Shown piece by piece: positions 39,070-53,248 of a stretch of 64,000 nucleotides of DNA (position 1 is its first letter; each line of letters begins with the position of its first letter). The position numbers were made by a program, and so were the translations under genes. The notes under the pieces are model-generated. The model saw only the letters and a program-made list of their open reading frames with translations. It ran no database searches and was not told the origin of the DNA. Source of the DNA: Piromyces finnis finn (Eukaryota; Fungi; Neocallimastigomycota). Where the stretch lies: assembly GCA_002104945.1 (NCBI GenBank), contig MCFH01000017.1:62001-126000 (forward strand), given 5' to 3'.

Positions 39070-40587
39070 AAAATAAAAAAAAAAAAAAATAAAAAAGGAA
39101 AAAGTGTAGTATTTTTCTTTTTTTTTTTGTGAGTGTTGTATTTATATATTTTATTATTATTATTTAATACTTTGGTGTAAAGATGATAATTCTTTTAGTT
39201 TAAATAGCAATTTAGTTTCAAATAATCACAATGCGTATTAAGGTGTATGTATACTATTACTAGAGAATAATTCGTTTATATGCATTATTCATAGTTTTTT
39301 TTTTTTTTTTTGGAATTATAAGAATTACCATGAATTAATTTCCTTCTTGGGGTTGGGAAATTCAAAAGGAAATAGAAAAGAATATTATAAGTGTCAAATT
39401 AAATCAAGGTACATTAAAAGAATCGATTTTAATTTCGATTTTTAATCATTTTTAATGCCTTAGTGTAATTAGCTAATACTAACCAAGGTTCAAAAAAAAA
39501 AAAAAAAAAAAAAAGGGCTTTAAAAGCAACCATGAAGAAAGAGTTAAAGGCAATCAGGCCTAGTAAGGTTAATGTCATCCCATGAAGATCCTAATTTTGT
39601 TCCCATGACAAAATATTATCTTTTGAAATTGTGTTTCAATTAAAAAGTCAACGATAATAATTATATTCAAGTAGAGTAATGTCCTTTTTTTTATTTTTTA
39701 TTTTTTATTACTAGAATACATTATATCTTTTTTTTTTTTTTTTTTTTTTTTATGTGTGTGTGTGTGTGTGTTTAATAAACATATATATATATATTTTTTT
39801 AAATATATACGATATTGTTGTGACTTTAATTAAAATAATAGTAAAATTTTTAAAATATTTGCAGTTGTTTAAAAAAAAAAACTTTGTTGCTTTTATTGCT
39901 GTTAACATCAATCAATTAGTGAAAAAAAAAAAAAAAAAAGTCAAAAGAGTCGTTATACTTATTTATATACATAAATTCTAATTGTTAAATAAATCCTATT
40001 AATAATTCTCAATAAGAAAGAGAATATTATTATAAATATGCATTATATATTAATCATCATTTTCATCATCATAAATCTAATTATGAGTTTATTAACTACA
40101 CACTCTTTTTTTTAAATTATTAATTTTATATTTTATAAAAAATTATATCTTCATAATACTCTTATGTAATGGATGTAACATCTTAATCATTTTACCCAAA
40201 TTTTATCTTTTTTTTTTTTTTATTTTATTTTTATTTTTCGACTCTTCTTTGAATCTTGTATTACACTCTATGATATTTTTTTTTTTTTAAAATATAAAAT
40301 AAAAATTCAATATTATTATTTTATCATTTCTTTCCTAGTTCATTATTTATACAAAAAGGCATTTTTTTTTAAAAAAAAAAGAAAAGTATTTATTATTATT
40401 ATTATTATTATTGTTATTATTTATATATTTATACTTATTTATTGTTTATTAAAAACATATTTATAATAGAGGTTTTTTTTTTTTTTCTTTTTTTAAAAAA
40501 AGAAAACATTTTATTCTTTTTCTATATTGATAAAGATATTTTACATTTTTTTTTTTTTTAGTTTATTCTATGTTATCATAGGTCATT

Positions 40588-42549
40588 TTATGATTTTATA
40601 GTTTTTATTTGAAAAATACCTAAATAATAAAGAAAAACAATATATAATATATATATATATATATATAGATAGAGAAATAAGTTTTTTTATTAATAACATA
40701 TCAACCTTTTTTTTTTTTTTTCTATTCTTTTATATCTAGGGAATAGGTTTATCCTATGAGTATTAACAATATATACACCATAACTACTTACATTGATTAG
40801 GTGGATTTACATCTGCTAAAACTGTACAATTTATACCAAGATTTGAAAGAACACCACGAATAATACCACATGGGAAACTTAAATACTTCAATTTTTAAAT
40901 TTATTATTATTTAAAATGTTATGCATATATGCATATAATATTATTATTTATAAAAAAAAAAAAAATAGAAATTATTTAGTTATTATATATTTTATGGATT
41001 ATATATTGATTTTGGTTCATTCGGTATTTAAACAAAGAGATGAGTGCTTACTGGAAGAACTTCTTTTTTGAAATCTTCTTGATTATTATTAATAGACATT
41101 TTTGAGAACCATTTGAAATTATTATCAGTTAAAACATAAGTACCCTTTTCATTATAATAATAAAATGTTGTGGTGAGAAGAAATATAAACATTAATAAAT
41201 AAACAAATATTAATTAGAATATATGAATATATTAATTTTTAATTCTATTTCATTATTATTATTATTATTATTATTATGATTAATGTTGTTGTTATTGTTA
41301 TTGTTGTTGGTAACATTATTTTTTGATATCCCTGAAAAATATTACTAATTTTATATTACTTTATGATTAGTTTTTAAGTTATCAACTTGTTTCTTGAAAA
41401 TTGTTGACCAGAAATCCTTACAAACAAATTTTATAACATCTAAATTATCAGTGAATCTTGCACGATCTCCTGTTAATCTATGGTTGATGGGATGTCAATT
41501 TTAAATAAATAAAGAAATAAATAATAAAAAAGGTATCCATATATTAAAAGTATATATAGAAAATAATAATAAATTTAGTGTGATGCTTATTATTAATAAA
41601 TATATATGAATTAAACAAGAAAAATTCGAATAAATTAAGTAAATTATTATTGTTATTATTTGTTATTTTTTTTTTTTAATGCTTCGTATTATAAATGGAG
41701 TATAAATTTTCAATTTTGAATATTATATATATAATAATTTCTTGATTTCGGTATTTATGTATATATTAATAAAATTTTATTTCTTTTTAAGTCTTGCTTT
41801 TTTTTTTTTTTTTTAATTGTAAAAAAAGAATTATCAAATGAAATTTCTTTTTTTTTTTTTTTTTTCATAATTTAAAATGTTATAATATAATGAATGAATA
41901 ATATATTTATTTTCAAAATGGTATGTATTTTTGATAAAATGTTTCAATAATTTTCGCTTTTTTCTTAAATTATATATTATATTAGTTGCATAAAATTAAA
42001 ATTTATTTATAGGTGTATTTTAATTGATTTGAAATTTACTGGATGGAAAAGGAATTTCAACATTAAATTATTGTTCCTGTTTATTTCTTTAAAAAAGTTT
42101 TTTTTTTTTTTTTAAAAAAAAAACTGTTTTATAATATTATCAATATATTTAATAATCAGTATTGAATATACCAATGTAGGTATATACGGTATGACTTTTT
42201 TATTTATTCCATAGATTCAAAAATTACTATTTTTTTTTTTTTTTTTTTTACCAAGTTCTTTGTTTTAGTGTGTGTTATTGAGGAATGAATAGTGTTGTAA
42301 TGTAAGGGGAGAGTGAAATAAACAAATAAACAAACAAAATAAATAATAGTTATATAAAAATGAATAAAAACACCTTTCTGCTAATGATTGTCCAGTTAAA
42401 TAACCCATTTGTTCTAATTTAGTATTTTTTAATTCTTTTTCTTTTTCATTGGTATTATCAACATTGTTGAAAAAATGGACCATTTCCATAAATATATAGT
42501 CAAAGCAGCTTTCGCATACTTGAGTTTTTTCAGTCTTATATAAACTCAT
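40588..42549 (-). CDS. TRS33: TRAPP complex subunit Trs33/TRAPPC6 (5 exons)
   Basis: Exons read [67 protein letters not shown].../[18 protein letters not shown].../[10 protein letters not shown]. This is the Bet3-fold TRAPPC6 signature. Confidence 0.93.
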
Positions 42550-43110
42550 TATTATTCTTATTCTTTACTGTTATTCTTATTTATTTATTAATAAATATAT
42601 AAAGAGCGGGAGAGCTTTTTTTTTCCTCTTTTTTTAAAAATAAATATAAAAAAAAAAAAGTATTAAAATGAAGCGTTTTGTTTTTTGAATATTTAAAAAT
42701 ACTTTTTATTTATAAAATAAAAAAAAAAAAATAATAATTTTTTTTTTAAATTTTTTTATAATTAAAAAAATAATTAAATTTAATTAAAAAAAAAAAAAGA
42801 TTTAAAATTTTTAATTATAAAAGAATGTTATAAACGCTTCATTCATAAAAACCATTTTTTTTACTTTTATTTTAATAATAATGTAAAGAATAATAATAGT
42901 ATTATAAAGAATGATCATAATAGAATAAATATAAAAGTAGAAAATAAATATTTCTTTAAAACATTTTTTTTATTGATACTATTAATTAGATAAAAAAAAA
43001 AAAAAGCATGGTAACAAGAATAGAAATCAAAGATATACAGCTATTATATGTATATTGAGTAAAAAAAAAAAAAAGAATAGTATTATTTATTTTTTTGGTA
43101 TGATTTTTTA

Positions 43111-43767
43111 TTAATAAAAATAGTATTGTTGATTAAAAGTAATTTCTTTTGGATTTTTTCCATTATGAAGTTCTTTATTTAATGATAAAGTATTGGATTC
43201 TATAATCAAAAGCGTCAATATTATCATCACCATTATTTTGTATTTTGTATAATAGACAAAATGTTTTTTTTTTTTTTTTTTTTAAATATAGAAAAATATT
43301 ATAGTATATTATTAATTATATCCTTTGATTACATATTGTATTAAAAAATATTTATATAAAGAAAACTTTTTTTTCTATTTATAATTTTTTTTACCTTTTT
43401 TTCTTCTGGTACTATTGACATCTTCATAACCTTTATGAAGATACTATTATATATTTTTCAAAAATTTACATTATTATGATTAGACGGATTATATTTTTAG
43501 TATAGAGATAATTATTATAAAATTGTTTATTTAAATATTTACTGATTTGAGACTAATGGAATCGGATGGTTCATAACTCTTTCTTCTGTGATGTTTATAA
43601 ACATGTTTAATAGGTTTAAATTGATTCTTTTTTATACTTATTCTATCATATTGTTACATTGATATTATTATTAAATATTATTATTTGACATTATTTGAAT
43701 TTAAAAAAAGTATTAAAAGATATTATTAAATATTATTGATGTTTTATGTATGTATACAAAGAATAAT

Positions 43768-43813
<46 letters not shown>

Positions 43814-44934
43814 GTAATAAAAGATTAATAATGGGATAATTATATTTTTTTTATCCTAATAATAATTTATCATTACTCCTACTAATTATAATATATAGAT
43901 AGATAGGTATAGATATATTACTTTATTGGATATTCATCTATTTCATTTCTAGGCTCATGGCAATTATTATTATTAACAATATTTGATTCTTTTTGATTTT
44001 CCATTGAATACAAATAACATTTATTATCATGAACAGGAAACAATCGTTCATTCAAAGAATAATATCCAAAATCTAATAAAAGTTAATTATTAATTTAAAA
44101 TGGACATCATGATATACAAGTTTTTATTTATTTTTATATATAAATATTCATTTTTAATTATATTAATATATAATTTTTCGTATATATCGAATTAAAAAAA
44201 AAAAAAGATTCTATTATTATTACTACTATACTACTTATTATTCTTTATTATTTCTTACATTTTTCATCATCTGCTAAATATCGTTTTTCCATGATATGAT
44301 TTGATTTCATATAATCCTTACAATTTTCTGGTGGAGGTAATTGATTATCATTTTCATGATCTACTTCAAATTTTGTTCCTTCATGACTTTTGGTATATTT
44401 TTCATTATCCTCTCTAAATTGTTGCAAATCTTCAAAAAATGTATCTGGTTTTTGTAAAATTTTTATATTTCTCTTTTTTTTTTTTTTTTTTTAAATATAC
44501 ATTATGCATGAGTAGTTGTTATCATTGTAGTAATAGTAATTATAGAAAATAATTTATTAAATTAATATAAAAAATAGATAGATGATTAGAATATTAATGA
44601 TTAAGACATAACATTTCATAATAAAAGAAAAAAAATAGTTTCTTTTATTTTTCCTTTCTTCTTTTTCTTTTTATTAATATTCTTAGTTTATATTTACCAT
44701 ATATCTATTATTTTTAATACTTGTTATTAAATTGGTAGAATACTTTTCATTTTTCTTTTTTAACAAGGTACAATTGTTTTGTCGTTCAATTAAACGTTGA
44801 GTATCATTTCCTAATTTATCTAATATATTTAAATCATGTTGTTGTTGTTCATAATCTGAACTATACCATGATATTAAATCGGATGAATTTTGATAATCAT
44901 CTTCATAACCAAAACTTTCCCTACTACTATCCAT
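43111..44934 (-). CDS. Hypothetical protein (about 6 exons, no recognised domain)
   Basis: Consecutive coding-composition blocks with GT-AG ends join in frame (MDSSRESFGYEDD..., KILQKPDTFFEDLQQF..., YFGYYSLNERLFPVHDNKCY..., YLHKGYEDVNSTRRKK, ...QQYYFY*). The exon 1-2 junction needs an unusual GAG acceptor, so the model is uncertain. Confidence 0.55.
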
Positions 44935-45694
44935 TTTTCTTTTCTCAATAATTAATTTAAATCTTTACGATTTTTTAGTTTATATAAAAAATAATTATTT
45001 ATTTTTTTTTTTTTGTATTCCTTTTCCTTTTTCTTTCAATAATTAATTATTTTATCAATTGTGTGTGTGTGCGTGCGGCGTGCATGCGTGTATTTTTTTT
45101 AAAGTTTATTAAAAAACTTTAAACATTTATTTTATTTTTATTTTTTTTTTTAATTAACTTTATATAAATTAAATATAAAGTTTTTTGTGGATGAATTTAT
45201 TAAAAATAAAAAGAGGAAATTAAAACAAAACAAAACTAAGACGTTTTAAATAAAAATCTTTTTTTTTTTTTTTTTTATTTTTATTTTTATTTTTATTTTT
45301 ATAAATAATGAATAATAGTATTGTATCTTTGTAGTAAAAAAAAAAAAAGAAAATAAATATTTCAATTATTATTATTTAATCTTTTTTAGGAGAATGTAAA
45401 ATAATAATAATAATAATTATTAATATATATATATATATATATATTTTTAAATGACACTTTTAGTCTTTTTTTTTTTTTTTTTTTTTTAATACATGCAAAC
45501 ATGTTTGGTAGATATTTATTATTAATATTATTATTAGATTTAGTTTTCTTTTTCTTTCTTTTTTTTTTTTTTTCATTTTCTATTTAATTCATTCTTTCTC
45601 TCTCTCTTTTAATATCTTCTTTATGATTTTAATATATTTTGATAAAAAAAAAAAAAAAAAAAAGAAAAAGAAAACCGGAAAAGAGAAAAAGAAA

Positions 45695-48600
45695 TTATAG
45701 TTGATACCATTTTTTCTTTGACATACGTTCATTATATTCTCTTATAGATTTTAAAAACTCGCTAGCTCCTTGATTTAATTCACTCACTTGACGGTCTAAT
45801 TCTTCTAAATGTTCACCTCTTTCTTCTAAATTCTATTTATAAAAAAACAACAACAACAATAATAAAAAATACCAATAATATAATACGATTTAAAAAGAGT
45901 TTTTTTTTTTTTTTTATTTTATGTATATATTATATTAAGATATAAAATTATTAAATATTAAAAATATATATATATATTTTTACAAACCTCTCTGGCTTGA
46001 GCATATATATTACTTGTAGTTTTTGTTTTATCCTCTAAACTATTCATGGGTGGTTCATTTTCTTTTTTGACTTTATCAAAATGGCTATCTGATTTACTTA
46101 AAGCTTTATTTAATCCAATCTTTTGTTTGAAACTAAAAATTGATTTATCTTCAAACATTTTAGTAGATGGTGATTCAATCTATTCGTTATTTTCATTGTA
46201 TTTGTACGCGTGTGTATAAATGTATGTGCGTATTCGTATGTGTGTGTGCGTGCGTGCGTGCGTGTTTTAAAATATTATATACATATCATAATATTTTATA
46301 CATATATACATAAAAAAAAATTTTATTATTATCATTTTTTTTTTTTTTTTTATAATTTTAATTTTTAAATGAATTCTTACATTAATTGGACAAATTTCTT
46401 TGTTTGGCGAACTAATTTCAAGATTTTTCTTTACTAAAGTTTTTTTTTTTTATTAAAAAAAAAAAAAAAAAGATATATATATTTAATATTAATATTAATA
46501 AGAATAGTATTATTATTAATTTAAATATTTTGGTTTTTTCTTTCTTTTTTTTTTTATATATTTTGAAAAAAAAAAAAAATAAAATGAAAATTACAAAAAG
46601 TATCAATTTCTCTAATAGAAGTTCTTCTTGTTTTTGGAATGGTGTAGGATAAAGCTTCATCATAATCAACACTCCATGATTGAGATTTGGCTGAATATGG
46701 TGAGACTAAATCAATTAAACTAGATTGGGAATCTTCTTCTTCTACAGTGATTTCTCGACCCCATACATAAAATTGTTTAAATTCATTACCTTTAAACCTT
46801 TACATTTTCCATCAAAAATAAATATGAAAAAAAAAAAAAAAAAAATAGTTAGATTATATATTATTAAATTTATTCATATATATATTGAGAAATTAGTCTA
46901 ATACCATATAATCATTAAACCGGTCGGAGTAATAGATAACGTTTCAAAACTAATATTCATATAATAAATAGTATTCATAGTATTCATTAAAAATTGTATC
47001 ATCATACATACATATAAAATTATTAAATATATATGGATATTATATATTTATTTATTATATTATTTATTTATTCATTTACCTTGCTAAATCATTTGTAGGA
47101 TATTTAATAACTCTATATAAAGCCAAGTTTGGAATAGAATAAATATTAATATAAAGTTCTAAATTTTCATTTAATATCATACATATACAATATTTTAATC
47201 CTATAAAGATATAAATATATATTAGATAATAAAAAAAAAGGGTAATTAATATTGAATAAAGAACATTATTAAAAAGATAATATAATAAAATAATATATAT
47301 TGAGATATAATATACATAAAATATATATCTAATATATATATATTTTGAAAATAAATTAATATAATTATTATTATCAACTATGAATTTAATTAACTAATTA
47401 AAAAAGAGTTGATAACTATTAATTAATAAAGAAAAATAATAAAAATTAATAATAGTAAAAAAAAAAAAAAAAAATGTACCATCAATTTCTACAACTTCAG
47501 AGAATATAGGTTCGTAATTTAATTTTAAATTATCGTATAAATCAGAAAATTTATTTTTGAATACTTTAATATGAGAGGAAGTTACCACCACATATAACTT
47601 TTCATGTATTTTTATATTCCATTTTTCGGAATTTCCGTTTGGTGAAGCATTATCGTCAGAATCTATTGTTGAATTTGTAACTTCAACAGGTGAGATAGTA
47701 TTTTCAACAATTTCATTAATACTCATGGCTGGAATAGATTTAATAAATAATATTTTTGAAGAGACATTGAATTTGGAATCTTGAACTTTATTAATAAATA
47801 AATAAATGAAAAATGGAAAAAAAAAAAAGTATATATATTTATATATAAAATATATGTATTAATATATATATTTGAAATAAAAGAATGGTATAATGAATAT
47901 CAGCATTTTTATTTTATTTTTATTAATCAATATTATTATATAATATAATGAACCTGGTTGTAATATAAATTCTTTTTCGGTTTGAATAACAGCGTAATTC
48001 ATACATTGACCTTTATTTTTTTTATAGAATTTCATTTATTTATACATAATATTATGATATTCAATAAAAGTTAGGAGGATTTTTGTGTATATAAATTTCT
48101 TTTAGAAAAATAAAATTCGGTATCATTACCTTTTTCATTTCCAATAACAATAATTGGAAAATCTATATTTGATTCTAATAAATCTATGGTAATTGGATTT
48201 TGTAATAATGTTTCTATTTAAATCATGAAAATAATTATAAATATAATATTTAAATGTTTAATATATGTATATATATATATATTTAGGTTTTTTTTTTTTT
48301 TTTTTTTTTAAAAGAATTATACTAATAAAAATTGAAATAGAATAAAAGAAAAAAAAAAAATTTTTTTTTTTTTTTTTTTTATTTACCAGCATCTATAATA
48401 CATTCTCCATTATCGTGATAAATGGAAAAAATAATCAATTGTTTTGATTCTGTTAGGACTGCTGAACTAAATATTAATAATTCAAATGTATATTTTTATA
48501 TATTAGGTTAAATATGTAATTTTCATGTAATAATAATAAATAAAAAAATTTTTTTTTTCATTTATTGTTATCATTATTATAAGAGAGATGATAAGGATTT

Positions 48601-49481
48601 AGAGTATATTTATAGTATGTATGTATTGTATTAATATTTTTAGTTTTCCGACACTTACATTCCCATTTGTTTATAATAACTGAAATTGATTATTTTACTT
48701 TTAAATTCTTTTGTTTTTTGAAGTTTGACAACACCTTTTTTAACAAAAGTTGTTTTTTTAATCGTACTATGAATACTATCAGAGTAAGGGTAAATAGAAT
48801 CACGACAATTTGATTTATCTTTTTCTAAGGAATAGATTTCAAATTTATTATTATATACAATTAATGTTTTATCAAAAGAAACTAAAAAGTCGAAAATTTC
48901 TATATTTTCTGGTAAGGGTAAACTTTCAAGAAATATAAAACCATAAGAGGTTTGAAGCCAATATCTTAAAATATTATCTTTATGATAGGTAACATAACCG
49001 TTAAATAAGATATTTTGAGAACTCTCGTTATACTTTTCTTCGGAAACAAAGGATGTAACGAAATCTTTTGTAAATTGAGTTTGAATGGCCCTGACAATAT
49101 CTGGTAATTTTAACAAGAATAATGAATTGTAGATAGAATCTATTTCTTTACTGTCCGTTAAATTGAAAAATCGGCAATTATTATCACTTAATGTGACTAA
49201 CACCAATTGATTTTCATATGGTATTATATCGAAATTCTTTACTTCTTCGTCAACCACTATTTTTTTCATTGATAATGGCGATCCAAATTCAACATTTTGA
49301 AGAGTAATGATGGTAATGTTACTGGTTGTTGTTTGTAATAAACTTTTCTCACTGCAAATAATTTGTGTTTTATTTTTTTCTATTTGGATCCATTTAATCT
49401 TATCAACTATAATTATAAAATAGACAAATAAATCATATTAAATATATATTATTAATATATAAAATTAAATAAATAAATAAG

Positions 49482-49512
<31 letters not shown>

Positions 49513-51055
49513 CTATTATTCTATCTATCTATCTATTTTCTTCTTTTACACACACAAATATATATATATATATATCAAATATATAAGGGTATATAGACAA
49601 ATAGATAAAGGTTCTTTTTTTTTTTTTTTAAAAAATTTCTAATAAATTTATGATGAATATATAAATATATTTATTATAGTTACTTGGATTGATAAGTTCA
49701 AGAGAAGGTTGGTTTTCACCTTCTTCTTCACCTTCTTCTTTTATATTATTTAATTTTTCGGTTAATTGACTGGTATAATCTCTAACATTTTTAATTACCA
49801 AAGGTTTTATTGTTTTTCCCGTCTTCCAAAAACACAGGGAACCTTTATTTGTTCCTGTAATGAAATGAATACCATCAGGACACCATTGAACACTTGTAAG
49901 TATTTCTTCTTGTTGATATCTTTCTATTATTTTTTGTTTCTTAATATGATATTGAATAATCAGACCGTATTCAAATCCAATTAATATTCTATTTTTAATT
50001 GGGTTCACCGCGATACACTGAACAGAGGAGGGAATAGCTTCACCCGATTTTGTTTTACATAATATATTTTGACTGGATAAAATGCCATTGACTACATCAT
50101 AAATATAAACACAACCATTGTCTGAGCCTAAAAATAACCAGTTGGAATCAGGGTAAAAATCGATACATGTGACATTGATACTTAATTTAACTTGTAAATG
50201 AACTGTTCTTTCATTAACATCCCAAATAACCAATTCTTCATTATCATAAATACTAATTAAATATTCTCCACCTGTTTTAAATTTTAAAAAATTAATTTTT
50301 GATTTTTCTTGAGCTAAATATAAAAATGTTTCTCGAATTTCTTCACTTTCATTTCTTGGAAAACGAATTAAATTAATACCCTTTAATTTAAATATAAAAT
50401 AATAATAATAGCAATAACAATAATAACAATATTAATTAATAATAATATCAACAAAAGAGTAATGTCTGTTAACGTTATTAATACTTTAGTACTAATGTTG
50501 TTAATACTATAATAATAATAATAATAAAATGTATATATATTTAATAATAATAGTAATGATAATAATATAATGTATATCTATTTAATAATGATAATAATAA
50601 TAATAATTACTATATTAGAGCAGCAGCAATAACAACAACAGCAACAACAATAACAACAATAATAATAATATTAACCATTAATAATATTATTATCATTATT
50701 ATCGTAATTTTATTATAATTTTTTATCAACATTTTAATAAAATAAAATAGAATAAAAACACACTATTTATTCAAAATGACTTATTCTATGTAAACAACCA
50801 CCATTCCAATTCAATTCAATACAGTTTAACTAGATTATTTTCTATTTTTTTTTTTTTTTTTTTTTTTTTTTGTAACTATCAATAATTTTCTTATACACAC
50901 ACCTTATTTGTTCCAATAGCAAGTAATTTTTGAGCTATATCAGCGGCAATTAAACCATTTTGATTTGATAACCCATATCTCCATAATTCAGATAATTCAG
51001 CTTTTTGAAAATTCTTTTTACTAAGTTTTCTGGTAAATACTTTTAATAAAGACAT
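45695..51055 (-). CDS. SRO7: Tomosyn/Lgl/Sro7-family WD40 protein with C-terminal R-SNARE helix (about 13 exons). An in-frame TAA at 45734-45736 precedes the last 12 codons.
   Basis: N-terminus LWRYGL...AADIAQKLLAIGTNKG, then WD40 repeats (WLFLGSDNGCVYIYD, RILIGFEYGLIIQY, WCPDGIHFITGTNKGSLCFWK). Final exon is NLEERGEHLEELDRQVSELNQGASEFLKSIRE*YERMSKKKWYQL*. Confidence 0.87.
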
Positions 51056-51725
51056 TTATGATAATAGTTTTTTTTTTTTATAAATGAAATAAAATATATT
51101 AAAATAAAATGTTGAGCGGTTTTTTTTTTTTTTAATAAATTTATATATTTTTAGTTTAAAGAAATGCTTTCTTTTCACTTTTTTTTTTTATTGTTAGTTG
51201 TATTGTTTTATTTTATAAATCTCTTTCTTTCTTTCTTTCTTTCTTTGAAATCTTTGATTATCTTTTTTTTTTTTTTTTAATTCATCGTACTTTTTTTTTT
51301 TTTCTTAAATTTCAACTTTTAACTATAAAAAAATAAAAAAAAAAAATTATAAAAATTATGGTGCAATTTTTTTTTTTTTATTTCTTCTTTATAAATAATT
51401 TTAAAGTTTTAAAAAAAGTAATAAAAATAATCTAATCCACAAAATCAATTTAATTAAAAATTTTATTATGGCTTTTAATTTTTCTAAAATATTAATTAAT
51501 GCTTTTTTCTAATTATTTTATTAAATAAATTGTGGCTTTATATTTTATGTTTCATTCATTCATAAAGAACAAATTATTTTATGTACCCACATGAAAATCA
51601 CGTTCTATATTAGATTTATCATCCATATCCATAAAAAATTTTTTTTTTTTTTTTTTCAACAAGAAGTGAATGAGAATTATTTTATTATTTAGAATTAGTT
51701 AATTATTCACTACAAAAGATACAAA

Positions 51726-52669
51726 ATGTCTTTTACAAATCTAGATAAAAAGAACAAATTTGTTCAAAATGAAGAAGAATATAATAAAAGGTAAAGAAAG
51801 AAGGAAAGAAAGAAAATCACTTTTATTCCTTGCTTAAATTTTTTTATAGTTATGAGACATTAAAAATTACCATCCATTTTCAATGTATATAAAGATTAGA
51901 TACAGAAATAGATCAATTAATTGATAGTTTTCATCATATTGTTAAAGCTTCAAAGGTAAAAATTAAAAATTTTTAATATTTTCAACTTTTTTTTTTTTAT
52001 TATAATAATTTTAAATTGTTATTTTTTTTTTCTTTTGGTATTAAAGATAGGTGATAGTGACAAGTATAAAATATTTCAAGAAGAATACTTGATTAATTGT
52101 ATGTCCTCAAATATTGTAAGTAGTAGTAGAATGTGTTAAAGTTGATATAGTTAAACAACAATGAATAAATAAGTTTATAAATACACAAAGAAAAAGAAAA
52201 TATAAATTTTTATTATTATTGAAATTCTTTTTTTTTTTTTTTTTTTTTCAATTTTATTTATCTTATAAATATTATATGATGTATCATGTATAATATCACA
52301 TATATTATATCATATATTATATTATTATTATATAAAAATTAATATGAAACAAATTTAAAGATAAGATCTGCGCAATCATTATTAACCTTAATATCAGAAT
52401 TAAAGCAATCTATATTAATATTTGATTATAAATCATTAAATTCAGGAATTTTAAGTAGAATAGAAACCATAGAACAAGAAAAAATAAATGTAAGTGACAT
52501 GTTAATGTCATTACAAAGTGATATAAGAAATAATATAAAAGAATTGGAAGATGTTCATTACTCTTCCATTTCATTTGAAATAGAAGACGACGATAAAAGT
52601 GAAAATATAATCAATGACGCCGAAGACAATAAAAATGAAGAAGACAAGGAAATAAGAAATAAAAGTTAA
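51726..52669 (+). CDS. MED22: Mediator subunit 22 (Srb6/SURF5; 4 exons; not in the ORF track)
   Basis: Spliced product MSFTNLDKKNKFVQNEEEYNKRLDTEIDQLIDSFHHIVKASK/IGDSDKYKIFQEEYLINCMSSNI/IRSAQSLLTLISELKQSILIFDYKSLN...*. This matches the Med22 pattern YNKRL..DI..L...F..I and (V/I)RA.ESL..L.S.LKQ.LI..D. Confidence 0.88.
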
Positions 52670-52967
52670 AATATGTATATTATTAGAATGGTCAGAATCG
52701 TCTTTTTTTTTTTTTTTTTTTTCAGTATATATATATATTATTTTTTTTTTAAAAAAGAAAACATGTCAATTTATCCATACAAAAAAAAAGCAAAAACAAT
52801 TCTATAATTATATGTAAAGGAGGAGGAAGACCATTATCTTATTAAAAAAAAAAACCCTCATCAATTCATTTATTTTATCTCATTATCATCATCATCATTA
52901 TCTTTATATTCATTATTTTATTATATATTAGTAATATAAAATTTGTTTAAAAAAAAAAACAGCATTA

Positions 52968-53000
<33 letters not shown>

Positions 53001-53195
53001 AATACCCATAATTTAAATCAATAAATAATAGTGAAATTAAAAACAATATTAAACGATATCTCTAAATCAGTATTTGGTAAGCATCATTATTACACTTTTA
53101 ATAAAACAGCAATGTGATGTTTAGATTTTAAATTTTTTGTAATGCAGGTGCTTTGTTTTTTGATTTTTACCAGTTTTTTTTTTTTTCTTTTTTCC

Positions 53196-53248
<53 letters not shown>

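Noticed and set aside
39509-39640. AAAAAGGGCTT resembles the U11 snRNA 5' end, with an AATTTTG Sm-like site downstream
   Set aside because: The match is just the end of a poly-A run, the intervening sequence does not fit U11, and I saw no U12-type (RTATCCTT) donors in the introns I traced.
45734-45736. Genome-wide reassignment of TAA to a sense codon
   Set aside because: The other genes terminate at TAA in the expected positions, and the conserved exons I traced have no other internal TAA.
46350-46620. Apparent frameshift in SRO7 around the small exon near 46381-46434
   Set aside because: It is resolved by using the upstream acceptor (ACTTTAG), which gives EIDTFLKKNLEISSPNKEICPIN in frame.
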